A stretch of DNA of 64,000 nt from Candidatus Latescibacterota bacterium (GCA_965197905.1 CBDAOB010000005.1:2304001-2368000), one strand, 5' to 3'; numbered from the stretch's first letter, positions 1-11,568 are shown. Numbers and translations: made by a program. The notes: a model not told the origin generated them from the letters alone.

Positions 1-342
1 TGGGAATCGAAACGCGAGGCGCTTGCTTTGGTGGCATTGATTGGGCTGGTGGGCGACTATGAGGAATACCGAATCGCCAAGTATTCCAACACCTCGTCCG
101 ATCCGACGCAGGTGGGATTGACTTCGGCAAACCGGAGCAATCTCCAAACCCGATTCGGCTTCGGCTTCGGAGCACGATTCCATTTCATGGGACGACTCTC
201 GCTGTGGTTCGAAAAACGCTGGATCGTAGGGGAACGGTTCAGCACCGATCGCAGCTTCACCGAAGGCGGGTTTTTTGCGACCGGGTCGCAAAAGACACTC
301 TACGCGCCGATCAACTCGGTGGCCCTGGCACTGACCCTCTGA
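1..342 (+). CDS. 5'-partial protein, probably the C-terminus of an outer-membrane beta-barrel-type protein
   Basis: Frame open from base 1; amphipathic beta-strand pattern (RFGFGFGARFHF, LSLWFEKRW, NSVALALTL at C-terminus). Confidence 0.45.
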   Translation, partial: WESKREALALVALIGLVGDYEEYRIAKYSNTSSDPTQVGLTSANRSNLQTRFGFGFGARFHFMGRLSLWFEKRWIVGERFSTDRSFTEGGFFATGSQKTLYAPINSVALALTL

Positions 343-343
343 T

Positions 344-580
344 TCAGTTGCTCCTGCTCCACACCTGATTCCCCAGAGCTTCCGCGCGGGCCACAAACGC
401 CAGCATCTCCTCGCGCAAATCTCCGGGGAGTGCCGCAAACGCTACCGGTGCAGATTCCGCCGGTAGCGGCTCTGGCCCGTTGACCCAGCGCCCATCCTGT
501 ATTTCCCAGCATATCGCTTTCGTCGTCGCACTCTTGCGAACGAAATATCGATCGCCATGCCGGAAAACCTCGATGCCCAT
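344..580 (-). CDS. Small hypothetical protein (78 aa)
   Basis: ATG start; fills the gap between flanking genes without overlap; protein-like composition. Confidence 0.55.
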   Translation of the reverse strand: MGIEVFRHGDRYFVRKSATTKAICWEIQDGRWVNGPEPLPAESAPVAFAALPGDLREEMLAFVARAEALGNQVWSRSN

Positions 581-653
581 GATGCCGAATCCAGGTTAGG
601 GTGGCTTCGACATCAAGATAGAGACAGAGCTGGGAGCACTCAATCCGAATCGC

Positions 654-2411
654 TTGTTTCTCCGGGAGCGAACTTCTAATTTCAGCACTCGCTCACAAAT
701 CCCTCGAAGAGGAGAGTCTCAAATCTTAAAACTGAGTACGCGTCTGCAGACATTGGAGTCTGCCGTGCAGACTGCTTTGGAGCGCGGTCGCTCCGAAAGA
801 ATTGCCGAGCGCATCTGGAAGCGGGACTTCACGGTGTGGAAGCCGGAAGATGTGGAAATTGGAGATCGTCTCGGTTGGCTCGATTGCCCCGACACCATTG
901 GATCCGAACTGGCGGAGGTGGACCAAGTCGTCGAGGCGACAAGGGCTGCCGGCTACCGTCGGATCCAGCTTCTGGGAATGGGCGGCTCGAGCCTGGCCCC
1001 CGAGCTTTTTTCAACCACGTTCGGCGCATCTGCCGAAGGCGTCCCTCTGGGTGTGCTCGACAGCACCCACCCGGACGCTATCAGGACCTGCCTCGACATC
1101 CTCGACCTCGACTCGACGCTGTTTGTGGTGTCCACCAAGTCCGGCGGCACCGTGGAGACCCTGTCGTTCCTGAAGTTCTTCTTCGCCAGGGTCGCGGCAC
1201 ATCCGGGAACATCGCGTCCGGGCGACCAGTTTATCGCTATAACAGACCCGGGGAGTGGCCTCGAACAACTAGCTTCCGAACTCTCTTTTCGACATATCTT
1301 TCTCAACGATCCCGAGATTGGCGGCAGATATTCCGCCCTGTCCCTCTTCGGTCTGGTGCCGGCAAGGTTGTTGGGCATCGACGTCGATCGAATTCTTGAG
1401 CGCGCTCGCGAAGCCGCTTCCCGATCGCGCGACGATGAAGAGGATCCGGGATATCAGCTTGGCGTGATGTTGGCAACCGGTGCGTTGTACGGCCGCGACA
1501 AGCTAACTCTGGCAACAACCCCTTCACTCGCTCCCTTTGGTGCCTGGGTGGAGCAACTGATTGCCGAGAGCACCGGCAAGGAAGGAAAGGGAATACTGCC
1601 GGTCGACGGCGAAGAACTCGGCGCACCAGGTGTGTACCGCGATGACCGACTGTTCCTGCATCTGCGCCTGCAAGGAGAAAGCATGCACGACCGAGCCGTC
1701 GGCGAAGTTGCGGACACCGGTCACCCCGTCGCAGAGCTCGAGCTGGCCGATCTTTACGATGTGGGCGCGGCCTTCTTCGCCTGTGAATTCGCCACCGCAG
1801 TGGCAGGTTCATGTATGGAGATCAACCCGTTCGATCAACCCAACGTGGAGGCGGCAAAACAGATCGCTCGTGAGATGGTAACTTCCTATCTGGATAGTGG
1901 CGAGCTGCCGCGGGATGAAGCCTCCTTCGTTGACGGTGAGATTCAGGTGTTCGGTGGTTCGCGGTGCGCGACGGCTGGACAAGCGTTGTCAGAATTCCTG
2001 CAAACCCGGTCGCATTCCGCTCCGTATCTGGCTATTCACGCCTACCTCGCGCCGGACCGGGAAACCGACCGACAGCTGAAGGAGCTGCAAATGCGACTGC
2101 GCTCCATGACTCGAATGGCTATCACCGTGGGGTACGGCCCTCGTTTCTTGCATTCGACGGGACAGCTACACAAGGGTGACGATGGAAACGGACTTTTCCT
2201 ACAACTCACCGGAGATCCTGGAGAGGAGTTTGGAATTCCGGATGAACCCGAAAGGGCTCAATCGCACATGGGGTTCGGGACCCTGATCGAAGCTCAGGGC
2301 ATGGGAGACCGACAGGCCTTGTTAGATGCGGGGCGTTCTGTTCTTCGTCTCCACCTGGGTAAGAGGGTCAATCAAACTTTGGCCGACCTGTTCGGCACGT
2401 TGAGTTCGTAG
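654..2411 (+). CDS. pgi: Glucose-6-phosphate isomerase (type resembling the PGI half of Tal-Pgi fusions); true start probably 723-765
   Basis: [63 protein letters not shown] motifs; adjacent to gnd. Confidence 0.9.
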   Translation: MFLRERTSNFSTRSQIPRRGESQILKLSTRLQTLESAVQTALERGRSERIAERIWKRDFTVWKPEDVEIGDRLGWLDCPDTIGSELAEVDQVVEATRAAGYRRIQLLGMGGSSLAPELFSTTFGASAEGVPLGVLDSTHPDAIRTCLDILDLDSTLFVVSTKSGGTVETLSFLKFFFARVAAHPGTSRPGDQFIAITDPGSGLEQLASELSFRHIFLNDPEIGGRYSALSLFGLVPARLLGIDVDRILERAREAASRSRDDEEDPGYQLGVMLATGALYGRDKLTLATTPSLAPFGAWVEQLIAESTGKEGKGILPVDGEELGAPGVYRDDRLFLHLRLQGESMHDRAVGEVADTGHPVAELELADLYDVGAAFFACEFATAVAGSCMEINPFDQPNVEAAKQIAREMVTSYLDSGELPRDEASFVDGEIQVFGGSRCATAGQALSEFLQTRSHSAPYLAIHAYLAPDRETDRQLKELQMRLRSMTRMAITVGYGPRFLHSTGQLHKGDDGNGLFLQLTGDPGEEFGIPDEPERAQSHMGFGTLIEAQGMGDRQALLDAGRSVLRLHLGKRVNQTLADLFGTLSS

Positions 2412-2446
2412 CAGACCTGCGCAATACCAAGGAGAAACTGAACCAT

Positions 2447-3901
2447 ATGCCACAGGCAGATATCGGGCTGATCGGCCTGGCCGTGATGGGTGAAAACCTG
2501 GTGCTCAACATGGCCAATCACGGCTTCACCGTCGCCGTCTACAATCGAACCGTCGAAAGGGTGGACACCTTTATGGGGGGCCGCGCCCAGGGCAAAACGA
2601 TATTGGGTACCCGCTCACCGGAAGAGCTCGTGGATCAGCTCAAACCACCGCGCAGAATCATGATGATGGTTCAGGCGGGCGCCGCCGTGGACAGGGTGAT
2701 TGAAAGCTTGTTGCCGTTGCTCGACCGCGGAGACATCCTCATCGACGGAGGTAACTCCAACTACCTCGATACCATCCGCAGAGCCCGATCACTGGACGCC
2801 GACGGTTTCCGTTACATAGGAACCGGCGTCTCTGGAGGCGAAGAGGGAGCACTGACGGGGCCGAGTATCATGCCGGGTGGTCACCAGGAGGCCTGGCCGC
2901 ACGTCAAGGAAATCTTTCAAGCGATTGCGGCCAAGGTCGATGACGGCATTCCCTGCTGCGATTGGATCGGGAATGACGGCGCCGGGCACTACGTCAAGAT
3001 GGTGCACAACGGAATCGAATACGGGGATATGCAGTTGATCTGCGAGGCGTACTGGATCATGCGCAACATCCTCTCTTTGAGCCCGCCGGAGATCGGCATC
3101 ATTTTTCGCGAGTGGAACAAGGGCGAATTGGATAGCTACCTGGTGCAGATCACCGCTGAGATACTGAGACACACCGACGAAGAGACAGGCAAACCGATGG
3201 TCGACCTTATCCTGGACGCCGCGGGTCAGAAAGGGACCGGGAAATGGACCGGTATCGAGGCGCTGCAGCTCGGTGCCCCTGCTGCCACCATTACCGAAGC
3301 GGTGTTCGCGCGTTGCATCTCCGCTTTGAAGGAGGAGCGGATTGCCGCGGCGAGGGTTCTGGGGGAGGTCGATGGCAGCTTTTCGGGTGATCGCGATGAA
3401 TTTGTGGAGGACGTGAGACGCTCTCTCTACGCCTCCAAGATCTGCTCCTACGCCCAGGGCTTTCAGCTGCTAAGAATGGCGGCCGAAGAACACGATTGGG
3501 AGCTGGACTACGGCAGCATCGCCTCGATGTGGCGTGGCGGGTGTATTATTCGGGCGCAGTTTTTGGGCCGTATTCGCGAGGCGTTCTCCACCGACCCCAA
3601 GCTTACCAACCTCCTGCTGGACCCGTATTTCTCGAGCGCATTGAAAGAGGGGCAGGCATCCTGGCGTCGAGTGGTGGCGAAGGCAGTGGAGCTCGGCATT
3701 CCGGTGCCGGGATTCTCCAGCGCGCTGGCTTATTTTGACGGCTATCGCAGTGCCATCCTTCCGGCAAACCTATTGCAAGCGCAACGGGACTATTTTGGCG
3801 CCCATACCTATGAACGCGTGGACAAACCGCGAGGCGAGTTCTTCCACACCAACTGGACCGGGCGCGGAGGCGACACCGTGTCCACCGCTTACAACGTCTG
3901 A
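2447..3901 (+). CDS. gnd: NADP-dependent 6-phosphogluconate dehydrogenase, decarboxylating
   Basis: [52 protein letters not shown] upstream. Confidence 0.97.
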   Translation: MPQADIGLIGLAVMGENLVLNMANHGFTVAVYNRTVERVDTFMGGRAQGKTILGTRSPEELVDQLKPPRRIMMMVQAGAAVDRVIESLLPLLDRGDILIDGGNSNYLDTIRRARSLDADGFRYIGTGVSGGEEGALTGPSIMPGGHQEAWPHVKEIFQAIAAKVDDGIPCCDWIGNDGAGHYVKMVHNGIEYGDMQLICEAYWIMRNILSLSPPEIGIIFREWNKGELDSYLVQITAEILRHTDEETGKPMVDLILDAAGQKGTGKWTGIEALQLGAPAATITEAVFARCISALKEERIAAARVLGEVDGSFSGDRDEFVEDVRRSLYASKICSYAQGFQLLRMAAEEHDWELDYGSIASMWRGGCIIRAQFLGRIREAFSTDPKLTNLLLDPYFSSALKEGQASWRRVVAKAVELGIPVPGFSSALAYFDGYRSAILPANLLQAQRDYFGAHTYERVDKPRGEFFHTNWTGRGGDTVSTAYNV

Positions 3902-5343
3902 GGTGGCGGAGGCCAGTGACCGCCGCGTTGACCCGCTAGGCCGCGATTGGATTGCGGATGGAATTCCGGCTCGGGGAGCCCCTCAAGTTTTCCACTCTTG
4001 ACCCACACTTCGTCCCCACCGTAGAGTTCGTCGATCAGTAGCCTCTCCAGCTGGTCCCGCACTTCGGCGTGGTCTGACGATCCCCCCAAGTCGTCGAGCT
4101 CTTCGGGATCCTCGTCAAGATCGAAAAGCTGCATACGGTTTCCGGCAGGGTAGTAGATGAGCTTGAAACGGCCGTCGTGAACCATGCGGGTCGCCCGATC
4201 CTCGACCTCGTACTCTCCGTAGAGGTATTTGCGCCGATCGCCCGTCACCATACACCGCCCCTCTACTGTTGCGGGAATATCGATGCCGACCAGCGTGAGC
4301 AGGGTGGGCATGACGTCCTGCCAGCCGACGAGGCGGTCGTCGACCACGTCTTGTGCTATCCTCGTGTCCCCCGGTGGACCGCTGAGAATCATTGGGATCT
4401 GCGCGGATTCTTCGTATAGAAGCCCCTTGGCCCACATTCCATGTTTCCCCAGCATATCGCCATGGTCAGCGGAGAACAGGATGATCGTATCGTCCAGGAT
4501 CCCCTGCTCGCGCAGAGCGCCGATTACGATGCGCAGCTGATGATCGATGTGGGTGCAGAGCGCGTAGAACGCCTGACGCGCGGAGCGCATCTGGTAGTCG
4601 GAGAACAGTTCCCCTTTCGCTCTGGAAAATCGCGCAGCATACGGAACCGTGCTCGGATCATCGGCCCAGGCTGCCATAGACGGCACATCCACCCGCAGCG
4701 ACTGGTAGACGTCCAGATAACACTGCAGCGGCACCATTGGCGGATGGGGGTGGCTGTAGGACAGGTACCAGAACGCCGGCCGCGTCGGGTCCCGGCGGGC
4801 GATCGTGCGCGCCATCTGCTGAGTCGTCCAGTTGGCAACATGACAGTCCTCCGGCAGGTGCCACGGACGATTCACGTACTCGTTGTTCCCCATTCCGTGG
4901 TAGAACTGCTTGCCGGCATATCCCTGATCCCCGAGAAAGAGTTCGAAATCGTCCACCACCCCAAACTGCGCCCGCCCTTCTTCGCCAAGGATGACCTCGT
5001 CGAATCCGATTCGATTGCGGGTGGGGTAGACATGGAGCTTGCCCACCGCCGTTGCTTGATAGCCGGCGTCGCGAAAGGACTGCGCCATGGTGGGCAGCTC
5101 GGGCATTGGAGCAAGCTCGTCAAACTGCCGGTCACCATGGGTGCGCGCGCTGCACCCCGTCATCAGGGTGCGGCGGGCGGCAATGCAAACGGGGACCTCG
5201 CTGTAGGCGCGGTTATAGCGGGTGCCATCCCTGGCAAGCTGGTCGAGGGTCGGGGTCTGAATGCACGGATGCCCGGCGGCGCCCAGGAGCTTGCCCGGCC
5301 AGTGATCGGTCGTGATCAACAGTAGGTTCGGCTGTGCGGTCAT
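3889..5343 (-). CDS. Sulfatase (formylglycine-dependent family), CxAxR variant
   Basis: [60 protein letters not shown]. Confidence 0.9.
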   Translation of the reverse strand: MTAQPNLLLITTDHWPGKLLGAAGHPCIQTPTLDQLARDGTRYNRAYSEVPVCIAARRTLMTGCSARTHGDRQFDELAPMPELPTMAQSFRDAGYQATAVGKLHVYPTRNRIGFDEVILGEEGRAQFGVVDDFELFLGDQGYAGKQFYHGMGNNEYVNRPWHLPEDCHVANWTTQQMARTIARRDPTRPAFWYLSYSHPHPPMVPLQCYLDVYQSLRVDVPSMAAWADDPSTVPYAARFSRAKGELFSDYQMRSARQAFYALCTHIDHQLRIVIGALREQGILDDTIILFSADHGDMLGKHGMWAKGLLYEESAQIPMILSGPPGDTRIAQDVVDDRLVGWQDVMPTLLTLVGIDIPATVEGRCMVTGDRRKYLYGEYEVEDRATRMVHDGRFKLIYYPAGNRMQLFDLDEDPEELDDLGGSSDHAEVRDQLERLLIDELYGGDEVWVKSGKLEGLPEPEFHPQSNRGLAGQRGGHWPPPPQTL

Positions 5344-5365
5344 ATGCGTGCCTATGAGCCCAGCG

Positions 5366-6187
5366 TCATCCGCCCCAGCGGTCCATGTAGGTCCCCATAG
5401 CTGCTGCCAATTCCCGGTTGTTGCGCTTCGTCGCTCCGTCGAAAACGATTCGCGCCTTGCGCTGCAGCGCCTTCACGGCTTCCTGTTGCTGCGCGGCTCC
5501 CAATTTGCCCATTCTGAGGAGCTTGTCTATGGCGCGGACACGGAATTGGTCCATCGCTGTGAACTTGCGCGACAGCTGATCGGCGTGCCCGCCATATTTC
5601 ACAACCATCTTTTCGTCGAGGAATGCCACCTCATGGCAACAGGTCAGGCGCAGGAAGAGATCGTAATCCTCGCAGACGGGAAACGTCTCGTCAAATCTTC
5701 CGGCCTGGACGAAAATCTCTTTACTGACGACCAGCGAGGATGGGGACATGCAACAAAGCTCCAAAGACTTCGCAAAAAGGTCGCCGCCTCTCTTTTGGTG
5801 ATGTTTGTGAGGATTGACGCGAACGCCGTTGCGAATCCAGATCTCATCGGTGTGACAGATCTGCAAACCGGTGGATCGCAGTTGTTGGCATTGGCGCGCC
5901 AGCTTTCGCGGTTTCCATTCGTCATCTGAATCGAGAAGAGCGATCCACTCTCCTCGAGCCTCGTCGATACCATAGTTCCGCGCTGCGGAAACCCCACCGT
6001 TTTCGCGCAGAGAGAGGATCCTCACCGCATCCCCAAATTCCTGACGCACCGCCTCCGAGCTGCCGTCGGTCGAACCGTCGTCCACCAAAAGGATTTCGTG
6101 CTCGACGTCCTGTTGCGCGACGACGGAACCGACCGCGCGGTTTACCAGATCTCGACGATTGAATACCGGAATTACGACCGAAATCAC
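5366..6187 (-). CDS. Glycosyltransferase family 2
   Basis: ISVVIPVFNR, VDDGSTD, GVSAARN, LDSDDEW, CEDYDLFLR. Confidence 0.92.
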   Translation of the reverse strand: MISVVIPVFNRRDLVNRAVGSVVAQQDVEHEILLVDDGSTDGSSEAVRQEFGDAVRILSLRENGGVSAARNYGIDEARGEWIALLDSDDEWKPRKLARQCQQLRSTGLQICHTDEIWIRNGVRVNPHKHHQKRGGDLFAKSLELCCMSPSSLVVSKEIFVQAGRFDETFPVCEDYDLFLRLTCCHEVAFLDEKMVVKYGGHADQLSRKFTAMDQFRVRAIDKLLRMGKLGAAQQQEAVKALQRKARIVFDGATKRNNRELAAAMGTYMDRWGG

Positions 6188-6258
6188 GTTGGTGCTACGC
6201 CACGATCAGCGACCTGCGCGGGGACCGAACCCTCGGGTGTTTCGCCAAGGGGTATCAT

Positions 6259-8361
6259 TCAGCCACCGCGGACGCGTTCCAGCGATTCAAGGACGATCGA
6301 CGAGGTAATGAGTTCGGGCAAGACGATCGGATCCTCGCCCTTCCCAGGGTAGATAACGTAGAGTGGAACACCCGAGCGACCGAAGGAACGCAGCAGACGC
6401 GTAATTTCCGGATTGCGATTAGTCCAATCGGCTTTCACCATCACCACGCCAAGCTCGGCGAAACGCGCGCGCACATCTGTGTCATCCAACACCACCCGCT
6501 CGTTGATCTTGCAGGTCCAGCACCATTCCGCAGTGAAGTCGATGAACACAACACGACCTTCCGCCAACAGGCGATCGAGTCGTTCGGGCGTATACGGCTG
6601 CCAGACCTGATCCCGGTCTCCCGTTTCCCCTATCGAAGCCCATGCTCGTTCCGTCTGCAATATAGGATTCAGCAAGGTAACATAGGCGGTAACCACCAGC
6701 ATCAGCGACAGTCCCCAAACGAACCGCCTTCTGATCCGGTTCGTACCCAGGTCGATCCACGAGCCGACCATCCAGCAGGCCAGTCCCAGCGCCAGGAGAA
6801 AAGAGATCGTCCAAATCACACCTTCGAGGCCCAGCTGATTCCCCAACACCCAGAGCAGCCAGACCACCGTGCCCATCAGCAAGAATCCCATGAGCTGTTT
6901 GAACCGTTCCATCCACGGTCCAGGTGTCGGCAGCCAGCGCATCCAATCGGGGTTCAACGCCAGCAGGAGGTAAGGCAACGCCATTCCCATTCCGATCGCC
7001 GCGAAGAGGAGAACCACCAGAGGTCCCGACTGCGAGAAGGCGAATCCGAGCGCGGTACCCAGAAAAGGAGCAGTACATGGGGTGGCTAGAATCGTCGCCA
7101 GGACGCCGTTGGAGAAGCTTCCGAAAAGCCCTTCCCGCGACCCGCCGCCGCTGACTCGCACATTCACCGTAAACACGCCGAACAGGCTAAGCCCCAGCGC
7201 GAATACCAGCGCAGCCATGAACACAACAAACTCGGGGTACTGGAACTGAAACCCCCACCCTATCTGTTCCCCCGCCAGCTTGAGCGCGAGCACCAGGACT
7301 GCAAGAGCCAGAAAGGTCAGCTCGATACCGCCGGCGAACGCCAGCCCGAGGGCTCGCACCCGCCGCCGGTCCTCTCCGGCATGGGAAACGATTCCGAGAA
7401 TCTTGAGCGAAATCACCGGCAGCACGCACGGCATGAGGTTGAGGATGAATCCGCCGACGATAGCCATGAGCAGATAGGCCGCCAGTGACGATCCTCCAGC
7501 TGGACCGAAGGATGGACTGCTCTGACTCGGTTCTGTGCTGGTTTCAAGGTCGAGGGAGAGATAGACGCTGCGCTCGCCAAAGGTTGGCCCGGTGTACTGC
7601 AACACCCCCGAGAGCAGCGTCAGGTCCCGATCCGCGTAGGGCTTCAGGCTCAAACGCAGTCCACCGTCTGGTTCCGGTCGCGTGGAGAATTCAAACCCGT
7701 CGAGATCCAATGGCAGGAATTCGACCGCCCGTACCTCCGCGCTGCCATCGTGCCGCACGGCCAGGTCCACTGCAATTTCTTGGGCCGTGGCGGCCACCCC
7801 GTGCGACACCTCGAGCCCGGCATCCGCCGCTTTTGCCCGGGGAACCCGCGCCGCAAACTGTTCGAAGAGGGATCGATTCGCCGGTGCTGCGATTCCCCGC
7901 CGGACCGGGAGCGACACTGAGACCTGTGCCCCTCCAGGGATGCAGACCTCCCGGCAAACCAACCATGAAACTCCCGCCTCGAACATCACGGGATCGGCGG
8001 TTGAGGTGGAAGCAGCCTGAATCTCGCTGTAGAGCAAAACCTCGTCGGCATACCCGTAGACGGTGAGGTCACCCGCTTCGCTGTATTTCTTGGGAAGGGG
8101 CCATTGCAGGGCGCCGGCTTTGTATCCCGGCGGCAGCTTCCAATCGATCTGGGTCGGCATGCCGGCATCCCCGCTGTACTGCCAGTAGGTGTGCCAGCCG
8201 GGATCCATTTTCAGCAGCACGCCAAGGCGAAAAACAGCACCTGGATCTACCGATTCCACGTCCGCTAGAAGCCGGGCGTGCACCGGGTGCGGCGTTTCCG
8301 CGGCATCCGCGACATGGGGAGTGCCGGCTAGCAACAGCACAGCTGCAATCCAGTTTCTCAT
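6259..8361 (-). CDS. dsbD: Thiol:disulfide interchange protein, DsbD/ScsB family
   Basis: Signal peptide from MRNWIAAV (ATG 8361); WLVCREVC; LMPCVLPV and ATPCTAP transmembrane cysteines; C-terminal thioredoxin WCWTC. Confidence 0.9.
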   Translation of the reverse strand: MRNWIAAVLLLAGTPHVADAAETPHPVHARLLADVESVDPGAVFRLGVLLKMDPGWHTYWQYSGDAGMPTQIDWKLPPGYKAGALQWPLPKKYSEAGDLTVYGYADEVLLYSEIQAASTSTADPVMFEAGVSWLVCREVCIPGGAQVSVSLPVRRGIAAPANRSLFEQFAARVPRAKAADAGLEVSHGVAATAQEIAVDLAVRHDGSAEVRAVEFLPLDLDGFEFSTRPEPDGGLRLSLKPYADRDLTLLSGVLQYTGPTFGERSVYLSLDLETSTEPSQSSPSFGPAGGSSLAAYLLMAIVGGFILNLMPCVLPVISLKILGIVSHAGEDRRRVRALGLAFAGGIELTFLALAVLVLALKLAGEQIGWGFQFQYPEFVVFMAALVFALGLSLFGVFTVNVRVSGGGSREGLFGSFSNGVLATILATPCTAPFLGTALGFAFSQSGPLVVLLFAAIGMGMALPYLLLALNPDWMRWLPTPGPWMERFKQLMGFLLMGTVVWLLWVLGNQLGLEGVIWTISFLLALGLACWMVGSWIDLGTNRIRRRFVWGLSLMLVVTAYVTLLNPILQTERAWASIGETGDRDQVWQPYTPERLDRLLAEGRVVFIDFTAEWCWTCKINERVVLDDTDVRARFAELGVVMVKADWTNRNPEITRLLRSFGRSGVPLYVIYPGKGEDPIVLPELITSSIVLESLERVRGG

Positions 8362-8566
8362 CACCGGAGTAGACGCCGTTGAATGTCGGTTAGATTCAAT
8401 CTGACTGAGGTGCCCCGAGGGCCGCGAAGATTTGGGCAACATCACGAATCTTGCAGCCGACGTGGGACGCAAACGTCTTTCGCCTACTCCAACGATGCGG
8501 GCAAGGGCTGGCCACGATCGAGAGTCGAAGGGCGGAAACGCTGTTCGGTTCCTGTGATGGGCTCGA

Positions 8567-9865
8567 TCATTCGACGTCGATTCGAGCCCCGAGACCGATC
8601 AGGTCGTCGAAGAATCTTGGATACGACTTGGCGACATTCTCGGCGTCTAGGACGGTCAATCCCCGGCTGCAGCGCAGTCCGACGATGGTCAGCATCTGTG
8701 CCACCCGGTGGTCGTGATGGGAGCCCACCTCGACCCCACCATCGTAACCTTGAGGTCGGCCGCGAACGATGATCTCGGCGGCACGCTCCTCGCAGTCGAC
8801 GCCGACCCGTTTGAGCTCACACACCGGCACCGAGATCCGGTCGCATTCCTTGTACCTCATGTTACCGATGCCGTAGAAGCGGCTTTCACCTTGTGCCAGG
8901 CAGGACAGACCGACCATGGCCAGGACCATGTCGGTAGCGGTGTCACCGTCGAAGGAGACCGCCTTCAACCCGGAATGTCCTTCGAGCTTTACCTGGTTGC
9001 CGTCGTAGCTCACCTCGGCTCCCATCTCCTGCAACAGGGGAATTACCTGCCGCTCTCCCTGCCGATCCTCGAACAGCCGCGTCACCGATACCTTGCTGTT
9101 GGTGGCCGCCGCGGCTGCAAGGACGGCAGCGGCCGACGGATAGTCGCCGTTGACGGTGTATTTGCCCGGACGGTAACCCTGCCCGGCAGCGATATCGTAC
9201 TCCATCAAATCCGGGCTCCTGTCCACGTCGATGCCGGCTTCGCCCATAACCTCCAGCGTGGTCTGGATCAGAGGTTTGGACACCAGACCGTCCACAACTC
9301 GAATATGCACCGGCTCACCGATAAGGGGGGCCAGAAATAACAGCGAGCTGAGGAACTGGGAGCTGGTCGCGCCGCTGACCGTCACCGTGCCGCCGTGTAC
9401 CCGACCTCCGTGGAGCACAATCGGCAGACGACCCTCTCGCGATCGGCTCGAAACACCCAGTTGTTCCAACGCATCCAGCAGATCCCCTTGAGGTCGTTGC
9501 CCCAACGATTCCTCGTGGTCGGTGCGAAATTCGACCTCGGGCAGAAGGGCTCCGACCCCCATCAGCAGACGGAGAACGGCTCCGGCGTTGCCCGGATTCA
9601 CGATTCCGGGATCCTGTGGATGAGCGCCAAAACCACGCACCTTGAGATGGGCGCCTGAAGCATCAGCCTGTTCTTCGATGACGGCCCCAAACTGGCGCAG
9701 ACAAGCGATCAGGGCATCTGCGTCAGCGCTGGATGCGGGGAAATCTACAACGCTGTCTCCATCGGCAAGGGCGGTGGCCAGGAGATAGCGGGTGGTGTAG
9801 TTCTTGGATGACGGAGGTTCGAGCTGACCTTGAAGCTTCTCGGTTTCGCTGATAATGGCGCGCAA
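8567..9865 (-). CDS. aroA: 3-phosphoshikimate 1-carboxyvinyltransferase (EPSP synthase), divergent type
   Basis: SSKNYTTR, GNAG, SSQFLSSLL, KECDRI, DHRV, VAKSYPRF; TTG at 9865 preceded by AGAAGG. Confidence 0.88.
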   Translation of the reverse strand: MRAIISETEKLQGQLEPPSSKNYTTRYLLATALADGDSVVDFPASSADADALIACLRQFGAVIEEQADASGAHLKVRGFGAHPQDPGIVNPGNAGAVLRLLMGVGALLPEVEFRTDHEESLGQRPQGDLLDALEQLGVSSRSREGRLPIVLHGGRVHGGTVTVSGATSSQFLSSLLFLAPLIGEPVHIRVVDGLVSKPLIQTTLEVMGEAGIDVDRSPDLMEYDIAAGQGYRPGKYTVNGDYPSAAAVLAAAAATNSKVSVTRLFEDRQGERQVIPLLQEMGAEVSYDGNQVKLEGHSGLKAVSFDGDTATDMVLAMVGLSCLAQGESRFYGIGNMRYKECDRISVPVCELKRVGVDCEERAAEIIVRGRPQGYDGGVEVGSHHDHRVAQMLTIVGLRCSRGLTVLDAENVAKSYPRFFDDLIGLGARIDVE

Positions 9866-9945
9866 GCCCTGCAACCTTCTTAAGTGGTATATGGAACTGG
9901 AAGATAACGAATGTGCTGACCTGGTGCGAGGGGGCCGCCGTATTC

Positions 9946-9973
9946 TTGACACCCCTGGAATGCCCGCTATCAT
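9946..9973 (+). promoter_or_regulatory. Sigma70-type promoter candidate for the sox/mgd operon
   Basis: TTGACA (9946-9951), 16-nt spacer, TATCAT (9968-9973), 38 nt upstream of the ATG at 10012. Confidence 0.6.
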
Positions 9974-10011
9974 AGCGCGAGAGCGGACAGGAACTGAGCT
10001 AACGGAATTCT

Positions 10012-11250
10012 ATGTCTTTAAAGCTGCTACGGCAGGCGCTTCACGACAGCCGCGATCTGCCACGGATGTGGCGTGAGCATGAGTTAAAAACCCAGTACGA
10101 CGTGGTCATCGTCGGGGGTGGAGCTCATGGACTTGCCTGCGCCTATTATCTGGCGACCAAACACCAGATCACCAACGTCGCCATCCTCGAGAAGAGTTAC
10201 ATCGGCTCCGGTGGCAGCGGGCGCAATACGGCAATCATCCGTAGCAACTACCTGACCCGTGAAGGGGTGCGTTTCTACGACGCCAGCGTCAAGCTCTACG
10301 AACGCCTGGCCGTGGAGTTGGATTTCAACATCATGTTCAGCCAGCGCGGCCACCTCACACTGGCACACACCGACGGATCGGTGAACACCATGCGGCGGCG
10401 CGCCGAGGTGAACCGGCTGCAGGGGGTAGAGTCGCGTCTGATTTGGCCTGCGGAGATCGCCCGGCTGTGTCCCCAGTTAGACTTGAGCCAGAATCCTCGT
10501 TTTCCCATTCTCGCCGCGCTCTACCATCCTCCCGGTGGCATCGTGCGTCACGACGCGGTTGTCTGGGGGTTCGCTCATCACGCAGACCGGAACGGAATTC
10601 ATATCCACCAGAAAACAGAGGTCACCGACATCGAGGTGACTCATGGCCGCGTTGCCGGGGTTCGCACCAACCGGGGTCGCATCGAAACGGGCACCGTGCT
10701 GAACGCTACCGCCGGTTGGGGGTCGTTGATCGCCGAGATGGCGGGGGTTCCGCTGCCGATGACCACCTTTCCGTTGCAGGCGTGTGTAAGCGAACCGTTG
10801 AAGCCGTTTCTTGATGTGGTGATCGTATCCGGAAGCTTGCACGTATACGTGAGTCAGTCCGACCGGGGTGAGTTGGTGATGGGTGCCAGCGTCGATCCGT
10901 TCGCCTCATACTCCATGTCCTCCTCCCTGGACTTTCTTGAGGGCATTGCCGGACACATGCTCGAGCTCTTCCCCTTCCTCAGCGAAGTACGCATCCTTCG
11001 ACAATGGGCCGGTCTCTGCGACATGACGCCGGACTACAGCCCGATCATGGGGGTAACAGAGATAGGGGGATTCATCGTGGATGTCGGTTGGGGCACCTAC
11101 GGTTTCAAGGCTTCGCCGATCTGCGGCATGATGTCTGCAGAGCTTATCGCCACGGGAGAGACACCGGAGCTGATTCACCCCTTCCGCCTCTCCAGATTCG
11201 ACGAGCGCGACCTCGTGGGTGAAAAGGGAGCGGCATCCGTTGGTCACTAG
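10012..11250 (+). CDS. soxB: Sarcosine oxidase beta-type subunit, probably N-methylglutamate dehydrogenase subunit MgdA
   Basis: GGGAHG FAD motif, GRNTAIIRSNY, GGIVRHDAV, GWGTYGFKA; first gene of a BDAG cluster. Confidence 0.9.
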   Translation: MSLKLLRQALHDSRDLPRMWREHELKTQYDVVIVGGGAHGLACAYYLATKHQITNVAILEKSYIGSGGSGRNTAIIRSNYLTREGVRFYDASVKLYERLAVELDFNIMFSQRGHLTLAHTDGSVNTMRRRAEVNRLQGVESRLIWPAEIARLCPQLDLSQNPRFPILAALYHPPGGIVRHDAVVWGFAHHADRNGIHIHQKTEVTDIEVTHGRVAGVRTNRGRIETGTVLNATAGWGSLIAEMAGVPLPMTTFPLQACVSEPLKPFLDVVIVSGSLHVYVSQSDRGELVMGASVDPFASYSMSSSLDFLEGIAGHMLELFPFLSEVRILRQWAGLCDMTPDYSPIMGVTEIGGFIVDVGWGTYGFKASPICGMMSAELIATGETPELIHPFRLSRFDERDLVGEKGAASVGH

Positions 11251-11295
11251 CTCCCCCGTTTGGTTTCACCCTCAGGCGCCGCGGCAGCGACAACC

Positions 11296-11568
11296 ATGCT
11301 GCTAGTCACCTGTCCGAACTGCGGCGACCGCAACGCCACCGAGTTCCACTTCGGCGGGGAATACCATGCGCGCCCGCCCTCGGCGGAGGCCGAGCAGTGG
11401 ACCCGTTACCTCTACATGAAAAAAAATAGCGCCGAACGTCAGACCGAGTGGTGGTTCCATCGATCGGGGTGCGGCCTCTGGTTCCTCGTCGAGCGCAACA
11501 CTTCGACCAACCAGATCTTCAAGACCTATCGGTGGCAACCGAACGAAACCCAGAACGCCGATGAGTAG
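11296..11568 (+). CDS. soxD: Sarcosine oxidase delta-type subunit (MgdB-like)
   Basis: CPNCG ... EF.FGGE ... EWWFHRSGC Zn-binding pattern; overlaps the next gene. Confidence 0.9.
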   Translation: MLLVTCPNCGDRNATEFHFGGEYHARPPSAEAEQWTRYLYMKKNSAERQTEWWFHRSGCGLWFLVERNTSTNQIFKTYRWQPNETQNADE

